A stretch of DNA of 64,000 nt from Salisapilia sapeloensis CBS 127946 (taxonomy: Eukaryota; Protista; Oomycota): assembly GCA_023334545.1 (NCBI GenBank), contig JAADVB010000077.1, positions 1 through 64,000 on the forward strand, read 5' to 3'. Below the pieces are notes generated by a model. It did not search any database, was not told where the DNA came from, and saw nothing but the letters and a program-made list of their open reading frames with translations. This document shows, one piece after another, positions 43,701 through 54,907 of the stretch. The translations under genes and the position numbers were made by a program. Within the stretch, counting starts at the first letter, position 1; the number at the start of each line of letters is the position of its first letter.

Positions 43701-45233
43701 ATGGACGATAAAGACCCGAGTGGAAATACGATTAGCTTAGGCTCCTTTTCAAGTCTCACCGATGAACAAATGCAGCATCAACGCGGTATGTTTGTGGACC
43801 TAGGCGAACTCGAAAAGATCGATATGATTCTACAATCACCTCGTGCTGGTGGTAATGATGTACCTGCGCCGTTCGTGAACCACCGAGTACTCGGTCTCGT
43901 GACGGTCACTGCCATCATGATTCTGTATACGAGCGGCAGTCCGTACGGAACGGAATACGTTGTCTACGCTGCCGGTCCACTGCTAGCTATCCTCGGTTTC
44001 GTCGTGTTTTCTCTCTTCGTCGCCGCTCCGTATGGTGTTGTCGTGGCCGAGCTGTGCTCTGCGTTTCCAGAAGACGGAGGTTTCGTCGTGTGGGTACTCA
44101 ATGCGTTCGGACCCTTTTGGGCATTCCAAGTCGGGTGGTGGTCTTGGATTGGCAGTGTGCTGGCCAGTACCGTGCATCCTCGAATGATTTTCTTCCTCAT
44201 CTTCACCGAGTTCGCTGGTCTCAATATCGAATCGTCCGCTGCGCAATTTGGTATCAAGGTCGCGATTGCCATTATTGTAACACTGCCGATGCTGCTCGGA
44301 ACGCGCAGTGTTGGCAAGTTCAGTGCTGCCGCAGTCTTCCTAATGGCCTTGGCCTACATTATCTTCACGATCTGGTCATTAACGATGGCGACCGAGTGGG
44401 ATGATTTACTGGAAGTGCGCCATGATCAAAACAAGTATGATCCCCTTACGCGTGACGCCGAGTTTATTGGTGACGTGAACATCGAGTGGAATCTCTTCTT
44501 CAACGTTTTGTACTGGAACTACGGTGGAATCAACATGATTTCTGTCTTCGGCGGTGAAGTGAAAAACCCAGCCGGCGTCCTCCGTTCGGCTATTGCTATC
44601 ACGGTGCTCGTCAGTCTACTTCTCTTCACCATTCCGATGATAGCTGGACTGGTTACTGACAAGCTCCATTGGACATTTATCGGAAGAAACTCTTTCGCGT
44701 ACATGGCAAAGGCTATCGGTGGAACTCCACTCCACACGATCGTGTTCATTGGATCCGTCGCCGCAACGATGGGCTCGTTTACAGCGAGCACATTCTGTCA
44801 GTCATTTCAACTGTCCGGTATGGCTCAAAACCGACTCGTATGGTCAAAATTGGCCAAGAATGATCGTGTGCACAGCTCTCCGCTGCTAGCAACGCTCGCT
44901 TCCTTGCTCGTGACTATCCCAGTGCTGGTCATCGATCCGATGGAACTGATTCCGATTACCAACATGCTTACTGCCGGTGTCGAAGTTTTTGTCCTGTTCA
45001 CCGCGATCATGCTTCGTCGTAAGTTGCCATACATCCCACGTCCGTCGAAAGTCCCTGGAGGTATTCCAGTCCTCGTGGTGGCGACGATCCTTCCGGCTCT
45101 GATCTTCGTATATGTCACGGTTGAAGTGTTCCGCAATACGGTTAGTGCTATCATCGGTGCTCTTCTTATTCTCCTCGGTGCTGCCTATGGCGCCTATCGG
45201 TTCTACTATGTCAAGGAAAGAAACGTCTGGTAG
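43701..45233 (+). CDS. APC-superfamily amino acid/polyamine permease (PUT/RMV1-like)
   Basis: GSPYGTE, AELCSAFPEDGGFVVWVLNAFGPFWAFQVGWWSW, about 12 TM helices, P.PSKVPGG. Confidence 0.9.
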   Translation: MDDKDPSGNTISLGSFSSLTDEQMQHQRGMFVDLGELEKIDMILQSPRAGGNDVPAPFVNHRVLGLVTVTAIMILYTSGSPYGTEYVVYAAGPLLAILGFVVFSLFVAAPYGVVVAELCSAFPEDGGFVVWVLNAFGPFWAFQVGWWSWIGSVLASTVHPRMIFFLIFTEFAGLNIESSAAQFGIKVAIAIIVTLPMLLGTRSVGKFSAAAVFLMALAYIIFTIWSLTMATEWDDLLEVRHDQNKYDPLTRDAEFIGDVNIEWNLFFNVLYWNYGGINMISVFGGEVKNPAGVLRSAIAITVLVSLLLFTIPMIAGLVTDKLHWTFIGRNSFAYMAKAIGGTPLHTIVFIGSVAATMGSFTASTFCQSFQLSGMAQNRLVWSKLAKNDRVHSSPLLATLASLLVTIPVLVIDPMELIPITNMLTAGVEVFVLFTAIMLRRKLPYIPRPSKVPGGIPVLVVATILPALIFVYVTVEVFRNTVSAIIGALLILLGAAYGAYRFYYVKERNVW

Positions 45234-45416
45234 ACTTGTATGCACGTAAAGTTGGGAATATATCCATTTGATCTCGTATTAGTTACCTGAAGATGATGTA
45301 TCGTGTAGTAACATATCAGAAGTGAATATATGTATCCTTGATAAGATCATTGAAGCAAAAGTTTACACTACGTATAAATGGAAAAACAAAAGTAACATAT
45401 GAACAAAGTTACGTGC

Positions 45417-48400
45417 TTACGTCTCACTTAAGCGAGCGTCATGTGGCACCGACTCACTGTCGATCTTGTACGCACCTGGAGCATACGCCGTGGATCTCAC
45501 CGTACTAAACGATTGAGAGCTGTCAAACATATTGCTACCCAAGCGGCTATCCTCCGACATTCGGAAGGCAGTACTTCGTCGATCACCGGCAGAATTCCGT
45601 TGGGCCATGCCAATTGCATCCGACCGAGGCATCGAGTTGGACGCAATGTACGACTCGGCCAACGTCGTCTCTTCGTCACAACTGAAGGCAAATCCAGTGT
45701 TCCTTCGTGAAGGTCCGGACATATAAAGCTGCGTCACTGGCTGCCAGCTATTTCCTGCCGAGTTCACGGATTCCGCGTTGTATACACTCGTCGATGGCGT
45801 GTGCGAACTAGCCGACTGAGGTGCAGAGCTACAGACACTAGGATCGTACACCTCGGCCTGCTGTGGTTGCGGCATTTGTGGTGAAGAATGTTTCTCCTTC
45901 ATACTCGGAGGTGAAGGTGTTCGTTTAGCAGGCGCGTTGCTGATGAACGTATCCACCGTTCTCGACGTCTTACGCCCATCGTCGGCGTTTCCATCATACC
46001 CAGCGACGTCATGCAACGTCATGGAGAGTGTCTGCTCTTCAATGTTATGAATCGTGTATCGCCGTTTCTCGGTGTTTGCAGTCTCCTTTAGAACTTGTGC
46101 GAGCGACGGGTAGAACATGCGCTGGTACAAGTTCCAGGCAATGTGTCTCGCCAACGCAATCGTACAGCCCATGACGACGACGAGGATGTATCCCCACGTC
46201 GCAGCAGTGGGTATGAATGCACCAAACTCATCGTACCCGATCTTAAAGGTCGCCGCGTACGGGACGACGGTCCCGAGCGTCGCTACGACGAACCACAAGA
46301 GGACACTAACTATCCATCCAACGAACGACATGGTAGTCCACGTATCTGCTATGAGCCAAATCTTCAGATTGACAACCAAAACGACCATACTGAAGGCAAC
46401 CATGCCCATCTCGACACGCGACTCACTTCCAGTCATGCCTTCCGAAGCGTTGAATCCAAACGACATGACAACGAAGATGATAAGCGACTCGTACACGGCA
46501 GCAGCAAGCCACCGTAGGAACGTGTAAAAGTTGAAATTCTGACGCTCTGGACCGTTGCGATAGAGGCGAGGGTGGTCAATGGACATGTGTGCTGGCAAGT
46601 CTTTATCCATGACGCCGACAAAGATGATCGGGAGGCCGGTGAACAAGATATTGTACACCTGTACGCCGAACTCCCAATACAGCTTAGATCCTGATGCACC
46701 GGAGAGGTAGCCGTACCAGTACTGCGCCAAGACGAGTGTAATGTTTTTGTAGAACATGTAGAGGACGAGTTTGGAGATGCGGAGGTAGTTCCATCGACCG
46801 TGGACAAGCAAGAGTCGTTCTAGGTATCGGAACTGGGCGATCGCATAGTCACTCGAGTTAACGGCCTGCATACCTTCCTGTCCACTGATACCGACACCGA
46901 CATGTGCTGCTTGGATCATCGCAACGTCATTCGCACCGTCGCCGATGGCCAGTGTACGTACGTGCTCCATATTATCACGCACGAGACGAACCATCTCTGC
47001 TTTCTGCGCTGGCGAGACACGGTTACAGACGACTGCGCGACAGTGTTTTGTGTACTCGAGAAGGTGTGGTGCAGTTTGCTCCGTCAGGGCCCACTCGAGC
47101 GCCTCTCCATCTATAATCAACGCTGTCTCAAGCGAAGGCTCCTGCTTCTTCCGCTGTTCGTACTCGTACAGCGCATCCATCAATTTCTGACGAAGAGATT
47201 CTTCAGTCGGGCAGGTAGTCGTGTTGATGACCACTTGATGCACGGCATTCTCAAGCAACGAGCAAGCGTACGCAATGTTAATAGCCGTCTCTTCCTTGTC
47301 TCCCGTGAGCATCCACACTTTAATCTCGGCAGTCGTCAGTCTACCAAGACATGTCGGAACACCTTCCTGCAGCTTGTCTTCAATTGCAGTCGCTCCAATA
47401 AGCTCTAGACCTTCCTCAATCTCTTCCATCAGATCGTCAATCGAGTTCGGTTTGCCCTCCTTCCGTCGCTCAATCTCCCCGACGTCTCCAATCGCATCGT
47501 CATACTTTTCCTTCCACGCTTCAAACTCGTGCTCATCAAGACGCTTGACGGCCAGTGCCAATGTCCGTAGTCCGTCATCAGCATACTTTTCCATGTGCTC
47601 CATCGTGACTTTCTTGATTCTGTCCATACTCGGATCGTCTTTTAAGCGCTGATAGATCATCATATCTGCTCCTTTACAATAGAGGAAGAGCTGTCCGTCC
47701 GGTCGACGAACGACGACGGACATGCGTTTGCGTGTACTATTAAACTCTAAAACGTCTAGCACTTCATACTCATTCATCTCGCCCAGAACTTCTACCTTAA
47801 CACGACCGACGCTGCGTGATTTAAAGCTAAAACCACAGAACGCAGCACCAGCGACCAACGCCTGTTCGTCTGGAGAAGAAGCAGACAGTCGTGTTTCGCC
47901 ATTGTCCAGCGTTTCCGGGATGACAGTATGGCAGACAGCCAAGTGCTCAAAGAAACGGTAAATGTACTGCTGCTGCTGCTCGCCGCTCTTTCCATCAAGC
48001 GCTCGGAAGAGAGCTGGGTCGACAAAGTTTACGTACGGCATCTTCTGGACACCTGGATCAAGCTTTGGTTCCGCCGGGATGGGTTTATTCGCTCGCAGGA
48101 GTGCAGCTCGACCGATCTCGGTGATACCAGAGCCGTAGGAGACGCCATTGATACTGCACTTGCGGAATTCCATGACGTTACAGGTTAATGTACCTGTCTT
48201 GTCGGAGAAGACGTATGAGATTTGACCGAGCTCTTCGTTTAGCTCCATCGTACGTACGATGGCAGGCGTGTCCGTCTCTGCGTGGTACATTTCGAGGTCC
48301 CACGCCATAAAACAGGACTGGAGGAATTTGACACTTGTCATACTGACGTACAAGGAGATGGGAATGACTTGGTACAAGAGTAGAAAGTAGTAGAACGTCA

Positions 48401-49556
48401 TCTGGATGAATGACTGCCATCGAGGCGTCTTGGTCACGTCTGTTAAAATGTACCACGTATCATCCACAATGTCATACTGATACGTGATGTAGCATGCGGC
48501 TGCGACTGCACATGCGACGAAGAGCAAGGCACAGACGACGCCGATCATGCGATTGATCTGGAGCATAATGTCGCTCCATTTGGACGGAGGAGAGCTCGCA
48601 CTTTGCATGATTTTCGTGTCCGGACCAGTGTTTAGGACGAGACCGTAGACCCAGTCTGTATTTCGGAGATTGCAGCCTCGCAGCAAGATGTTTTTCACTG
48701 ATATCGGTGCAGTTTCCGCTGCTTTATCGCCTACGGAAGCTTCCACTTTTCCTGCAAACTTGTTAATGTACGGATTCGGTTGTTCGCATCGGACGACGCC
48801 ACGCAACTGAGCTACTTGATCTGGTTGGGATAGATCTCGCATCGTGGCGGAGATGGCTTGACGAAGCTTTAGGTTGGTTTCTCCGTCCAAACTCTTTGTT
48901 TCGACGTAGCAAATGCCACTAGCGATTTCAGCATCGGGCTCTGCGACGGACAATACGAGGACGTCAGCAGGTACGACTTCTCGATTACGAATGACAAGAA
49001 AGTCTCCGACCTGTACTTCTGCCCACTTGTGATCCTCGATCTGGTCGTTCCGAACGATGTGGCACGTCGCGGAATTTGCTTGTGTATCCGATCGGTGTCG
49101 ACGAAGATCTTCCATGACAGCAAAGACAGCGTCGATGGAGATCACGAAGAAAAGGACAGGCGCATTGGACGGAATGCCGTATGTGTTACTGATGGATTTG
49201 ATGGATTGGAGGACACAGACGACGAGGAAGAAAAAGTTGGCGACTTTGGTGAAGCTTTCGAAGAGGAAGCGAGGTAAGAAGGTGATCATCGAGTACTTGG
49301 ACGTGACGATGACATTAGTGCACCTTTCAAACACAGCATTGCCAGGTGCGTAATTGAAAAAGACTTCTCGCAACTCGGCCTTGGGTGGTAAGTTGGCATC
49401 CTCCCCTTGTTCATGTTCTTGTCCATGGCTGCTTTCGAGCATTGCATCTACGCCAGGCGTACTTCTCGCCAAGTGTCCCTCACCCAGCACAGGCGTCTCT
49501 ACTTCATTGTACTGTCCATGACTTGATCCCGACTTGGTCGGCGGCGTCGACTCCAT
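45417..49556 (-). CDS. P4-type phospholipid-transporting ATPase (flippase), paralog 2, intronless
   Basis: DGET, IPISLY, DKTGTLT, GATAIEDKLQ, MLTGDK, GDGAND, C-terminal GFAFS. Confidence 0.95.
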   Translation of the reverse strand: MESTPPTKSGSSHGQYNEVETPVLGEGHLARSTPGVDAMLESSHGQEHEQGEDANLPPKAELREVFFNYAPGNAVFERCTNVIVTSKYSMITFLPRFLFESFTKVANFFFLVVCVLQSIKSISNTYGIPSNAPVLFFVISIDAVFAVMEDLRRHRSDTQANSATCHIVRNDQIEDHKWAEVQVGDFLVIRNREVVPADVLVLSVAEPDAEIASGICYVETKSLDGETNLKLRQAISATMRDLSQPDQVAQLRGVVRCEQPNPYINKFAGKVEASVGDKAAETAPISVKNILLRGCNLRNTDWVYGLVLNTGPDTKIMQSASSPPSKWSDIMLQINRMIGVVCALLFVACAVAAACYITYQYDIVDDTWYILTDVTKTPRWQSFIQMTFYYFLLLYQVIPISLYVSMTSVKFLQSCFMAWDLEMYHAETDTPAIVRTMELNEELGQISYVFSDKTGTLTCNVMEFRKCSINGVSYGSGITEIGRAALLRANKPIPAEPKLDPGVQKMPYVNFVDPALFRALDGKSGEQQQQYIYRFFEHLAVCHTVIPETLDNGETRLSASSPDEQALVAGAAFCGFSFKSRSVGRVKVEVLGEMNEYEVLDVLEFNSTRKRMSVVVRRPDGQLFLYCKGADMMIYQRLKDDPSMDRIKKVTMEHMEKYADDGLRTLALAVKRLDEHEFEAWKEKYDDAIGDVGEIERRKEGKPNSIDDLMEEIEEGLELIGATAIEDKLQEGVPTCLGRLTTAEIKVWMLTGDKEETAINIAYACSLLENAVHQVVINTTTCPTEESLRQKLMDALYEYEQRKKQEPSLETALIIDGEALEWALTEQTAPHLLEYTKHCRAVVCNRVSPAQKAEMVRLVRDNMEHVRTLAIGDGANDVAMIQAAHVGVGISGQEGMQAVNSSDYAIAQFRYLERLLLVHGRWNYLRISKLVLYMFYKNITLVLAQYWYGYLSGASGSKLYWEFGVQVYNILFTGLPIIFVGVMDKDLPAHMSIDHPRLYRNGPERQNFNFYTFLRWLAAAVYESLIIFVVMSFGFNASEGMTGSESRVEMGMVAFSMVVLVVNLKIWLIADTWTTMSFVGWIVSVLLWFVVATLGTVVPYAATFKIGYDEFGAFIPTAATWGYILVVVMGCTIALARHIAWNLYQRMFYPSLAQVLKETANTEKRRYTIHNIEEQTLSMTLHDVAGYDGNADDGRKTSRTVDTFISNAPAKRTPSPPSMKEKHSSPQMPQPQQAEVYDPSVCSSAPQSASSHTPSTSVYNAESVNSAGNSWQPVTQLYMSGPSRRNTGFAFSCDEETTLAESYIASNSMPRSDAIGMAQRNSAGDRRSTAFRMSEDSRLGSNMFDSSQSFSTVRSTAYAPGAYKIDSESVPHDARLSET

Positions 49557-49819
49557 CAACGTAACAAGAGTTTCTTGTGTGTATTGCAAACGGCACAACA
49601 AGTAGTTTTGTTCAGGTATGTACAAGTGGTACGGAAGTACGCTTGCCGTTCAAACGCCCTCGCGTCCAGAGTGATGAAAAGGAGGCTGAACTCTATCTCA
49701 AGTCCCTAACCGTTTCGTTCGATTGCAAAGAGCCAGACAGGTTGTTATCCAACCACCTGCATATCGCACGGTACCTTCGTGCGACCTCCCTGAAGTCTTC
49801 TTCTGAGAACGATATAAAT

Positions 49820-50812
49820 ATGAGCTCAAGCGCATGGGATAAATGGGGCACCAAGCCTTCGAATGGGACTACGAACTTTTGGAAGAACTCGCCACTGTCC
49901 CAGACGTCGACTGTAGCGTCGGACGATGAATTGACGCCAACGTCTAGTACATCGTCGCCGTGGGGGAAGCTGCAGCAGGCGTGGGGATCAGCTCAGAGTT
50001 TCACGAAAAAGTATGCTGCGTTGCCGACGGACCAAGAAGCAGTCGTGTTAGAGGATGGGAACATTGCAGCGGTTTCGGAGAAGGAGACACCGCGAACGTG
50101 GCTTTCATGGAAAACTCAGGACCCCGAGGTGGCGGCAGCGAGTACGAGTAGCATGCCATGGGATGTTCGTTTCAAGTATTTCGTCACGTTTGTTATCATG
50201 GGCTTGGTCTTCTTTGGCATGGCTTCCATCTTTATCCCTCTGGTATGCAAATATATACTTTATACAGGGAGAATCGATGTTTATTCTGCAGTAGATTGTG
50301 ATTCGACCGTCGAAATTCGCTCTGAGCTTCACTTTCGGTAGTCTATGTCTAATGGGCGCATTCGCCATGCTGCGTGGACCGATGATCTACCTACGAGGAC
50401 TAGTCCAGACCTCTCGATTGCCACTTACTCTAGCTTATTTCCTATCTTTAGGTACGTCTTCTTGATACAATGAGCTGTAGGCATATGATAGTAACCTTGA
50501 TGGATACAGGCTCGACACTGTATAGCTGTCTTATACTAGGCAACTACATTCTCGTCGTTGTCAGCTCCGTCCTACAGGTATGGAATATACTGTCAATGAG
50601 AGAGAAGAAATGCTGATTCGCATGCTAGTTGGTGACACTCTCGGCCTTTGCATTGGGAGCCCTACCAGGAGGAAACGCCAGTCTTAAAGGTATACTTAAG
50701 CTATCTTTTATATATGACACTAGTACTGAATTTGGTGGTAGCATTTGGGATGATGTTCTGGCGGGCAACTAGGAATATGGTCAATATGATGTCGCGCCTA
50801 TTTGCTGGATAG
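49820..50812 (+). CDS. SFT2: Vesicle transport protein SFT2/Got1 family; introns 50243-50294, 50452-50509, 50578-50628 and 50690-50741
   Basis: Four GT-AG introns (52, 58, 51, 52 nt) give a continuous frame with RPSKFALSFTFGS..F..LRGP...RLPLTLAYFLSL and four TM helices. Confidence 0.85.
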
Positions 50813-50872
50813 ATTTCCTCGTAGACACCCGACAGATCTTACGAATCACTTCCATAAAAGGATATTTGCATC

Positions 50873-51115
50873 TTAGTTTGATTTCCTTTGATTATTCGCT
50901 TCTACTTGCTCGATGTCGCTCCAAGCCTAGGATTGAATGAGTTGATAGATAGACGATGAGTGTAAAGTTGCTACCGTTTTGTCGCAAGAGCTATCGATCG
51001 CAGGCTGTTTCTTTGGAAGTGAATCGACGTATGTAATTGCGCCCATGAGGACGACGCACAGGACTCCGTAGGCAGCGCTCTGGCGGTTTGTTAAGTGTCG
51101 GAAGGGCAAAAACAT
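50873..51115 (-). CDS. Possible small single-pass membrane protein (about 64 aa); intron 50927-50974
   Basis: MFLPFRHLTNRQSAAYGVLCVVLMGAITYVDSLPKKQPAIDSSCDKT joined by a 48-nt GT-AG intron to AWSDIEQVEANNQRKSN*. No homolog recognised. Confidence 0.35.
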
Positions 51116-53186
51116 CGTGGCAGAGTCGGATGTGGCATTTGGAAGGGATACCATGGAACATTGATGGTACAGTTGTGTGGTTGAAGTTGCGACAGATGCT
51201 GTACCAACTTTACATCGATCCCGAAACCGACTCGGATTCGATGGTAACTTGGCTTGTAAGTACTCTTTCGGTACGCTCTTTACTTGCAATCGATATGCGA
51301 TATCGCTCATCGAATTTGTCGATTGCAAAAGTCATGCAATGCTGACCTGTTTATATTTTCTTTCATCAGAAAGGGTGCCTTACAACGTTGTCTCCATGGT
51401 AGCATGCAAAAGACTGAAGTTGATAAGACGATACCTCGGACCTTTGTGTCGTCGTTTTATGCGATAAACGTTAAACACTCTTGTTCTGTTCTACTTTCTC
51501 AGTTATCCGATCTTTCGCTCCTTAAGCTCTGATCCGGATAGCTTTCTAATAGTCTGGCATAACACGGCAAGCAAAACATATAACTGTATTAAGTCTAGGA
51601 ACAAAGTTCGCTGAGTGCTTCCTTCATTGCACCTGCTCATCTGACTGTTTGTGCATATATTGTACTATTAGGCTTTGGTATCAATGTCCTAACATCGACT
51701 GCATGTTTTAAGCTATAGCTTCCAGAATACGTTTTCAAGTGTTTCCCGTTTCGGTAGATACAAAGTTGCTAAAGCTTTACTTAAACTCCCATTGCTATGT
51801 TTCTGTGATTAAAATGAACACACACTATATACTTTCCGCGATATACAATCACACTTTATTGTATAATGCGTATAGGCTATTTGGATGACCAATACTTCTA
51901 ACGATTCCTCGCGTAAAGTATTTCTATATCTTGCCGATCAACTCGAATTGGTGGATGCTTCTGCACATAGCTAAAGCTTCATCCTACTCGGATGTGTGTC
52001 AGGTTCATCGAGGCTATAAACTTCGAATGATATTACTTTCTTTTTTAAATGACCAATGGTTTGAAATAGATTTCATTTGTGTTCCTGAGGAACGGGATAC
52101 TTCAGTAGCTAACTTGTGCACTTATCTGCTCTCAGATTTGCTGGCATCACAGCTTTTACACGTCGCTACACTTTGGTACATTTACAATCGACAAATTTGT
52201 CAATTGGAGCAGGTTAGTATCTGCAACCGGGTCACATGGTCTACGATGTACGATAGCTTTTGATTAAGCCAATACCCCTGCTACTTTTATTCCTTGCATG
52301 TAGGTTCTATTTGGAATTGAGTTGAAGCTTCCAGTCCATACCAATGTAAGGACAAAGTAGGATCGTACGATGGTGATTTACTTTTAAAACAAAAATGTAC
52401 TTGTCATATACTTCGCACACAACATGGCTTTGGAAGAGAAACCTAATGGAAATTTATCATGAAGCTCTATAAAGAAAAAATAGACAAACTTTTGGCTTGG
52501 TCCTTACAAGCAGAGCATGATCGTTGGTTAATTGGGTAGCTTCGCGTATACCTGAGCTATATGATATCTTGCCTTCTGTCGTTATATTTCGGAAATTGTA
52601 TTCACAGGTAAATATATCACATCTTGCAATGGCTCTGGATAGAAAGCGCAAAGATGTAATCGCACAACTCTAAAAACCTAGACAAGTTTTCTTCCGAAGT
52701 TAAATGTGTCGGCGTCGTAGAACAACACATCTAAGTATAAGAAGAGCGACTTTTCTGACAGAATAACTGAACCCCATTTGCTGGTATTGAACATGACTTG
52801 GAATTTTCCCTTCCATTTCCCCATCAATATTCATGTATCATGGCCATAATAGGAGCTAAGAGATCGGGATACTATTTGATGGCAAGTTTTCAGCGTGTCA
52901 CCAAGGCAACCTGGCAGCATAAGCAAGAGTACGCAAGAATAGAAAAGTTTGTGTTCGTTGAATGGATAATCGGGTATTGAGCAAGGAACTACAGGCATCT
53001 TGAAAACAAACATGGATAAATTGTAATAGGTATCAATGCTCAAGTCTTTCGCGGTCAACCGTACATCGCTATCTACCTTCCATTCCTATCCTCTTATATT
53101 GTTTACTCTTCGATCATGTCTTGGCGTGGAATAGTGTCGAGCGTATCGTGGTGTATCGTTGGAAAGCCCTTCAGGTTGAAGTTGCA

Positions 53187-53335
53187 TTCGATTTACTTGA
53201 GCTAGTGAGCTCTTCGCTATTTCAGTGGGACGAGTACAGTGTCAATCACAAATGTCTCCCAATTATTTTGTCGATTGCGGTAATATGCCTGTTCCGAAAT
53301 AAAAGCGAAGAGCTCACTAGCGCAAGTAAATCGAA
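53187..53335. repeat. Inverted repeat / hairpin: 32-bp arms (1 mismatch), 85-nt spacer
   Basis: TTCGATTTACTTGAGCTAGTGAGCTCTTCGCT (53187-53218) pairs with AGCGAAGAGCTCACTAGCGCAAGTAAATCGAA (53304-53335). Confidence 0.9.
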
Positions 53336-54907
53336 GAGCTCACTGAGTCGTTCGCGCACTTTTTCAAATTTGCGCATGACGAGCACCAGGACTGACTTAA
53401 ACTCTTCTGGATGATCTTTCCTCATAACTGCATCCAAGACGAAGACAGAGATAGACCAAATATATAAATTCGCATCTACATTGGGAGTACAGAACACTCG
53501 CTTATGCATTCGATATAGTAGATGCTATATTGAAGTGTTGCGTTAGGTTTCCAATGTCAAGTGGCAAAACAAGATCGGCTATGCTAAGCAAAGGCAGAGC
53601 TGCCCGATTCGACTACCATGAACATTATTACAAAATGTGAATCCCAATGCTGCCAAATAGGTATTCAGCGCGAACACGGCCTAACTACTTTACCAGAGTG
53701 GAAGTGTGCCGCCGGTCTAATACTTAAAAATCTTTTCTCAATCAGCTAAAGCCAGTTTGCAACTGGCAAGTTACACAACTGCGCTCTTGGAGAGCTATAG
53801 GATTTGATATAACTACGTGTCAAAGTTCATTTATGGCATGAGGTCAAGTTGGTCAAGTAGCTTTATAGAAATTGCCATCATGAGACAATTATATCACTAT
53901 GGATGAAGTCGAAAACACAAGCGTCGTCCCTTTATGCATATTTATTTTCCAAACCCTGGTAGTAAATGCCAAGGCAGGAGTACAAACGAAATACGATATT
54001 AATTTGGAAGCATACATATCAAATCAAAAGCATGTATTTAAACAAATCAGGTCTGCTGTGTGCTTTCGACTCGGGTGAACCATTCTGCTTAGGAATGCAA
54101 TAGCGATAAGTCCTTCTGTGTGATATAAACGTACAAAGTAGCTAGGTCAGGTGCTAGAGTTAGCTATATAAGGATGATGTCTTGAAGGGTATATGAAAAG
54201 AGCATATGCTTGTTACTTTAAAGAAGCGGACATCTCATGATAGAAAGTATTATTATTACGTCGGAAAACGGCTTTATCTTTCGTAGTTGGCATGCAGTTT
54301 CCTCTATTCTGCATATGCTTTGAATGCATCAACTATTGCGCTTTGCAGATAGCGAGATCGAAAGTCTCATTGACACATGACATCCTCTACTTAAAGGGTC
54401 CTATTTTAGCCTCAGTGTCCCTTTCCGATATATGCTGAGTAAGTTTCCACCCGTTCCGGCCTATCTCCATGCTGCTCACTTGCTGTTTCCTGGATTTTGA
54501 TGCATTCGAAACGCTTGAATTGTCAGTAATTTGGTTCGTATATCATTCCACATTACCAGTTTGATGCTGATCTTGTTTAAATGTTTTGTTGTACGCCTTA
54601 AACAACATGCAGCATCTTTTAAAATAGTTCTAGAGCTGGTCTAGCTTTCGCAATTTCCATTCAAATGGAAGCCCAGAGACATTACATGCCATTTTTCGTG
54701 ATATGACCAGCCAGTATTATCTCAGTCATTAGCACAGTAGAGCTCTAGCAATAGATTAAAATCACGATGAGAACTCGCCGGCAATGAAAATTTTAAAGAT
54801 AGGATGATAAACAACGTCTCTTCGATGGGCTGAACTATGAATAGCAGCATAGTACAAAGCTACCACGAAAGTTTTATACCAAGTGACGCGAAGCATTTGG
54901 CGTCAGA

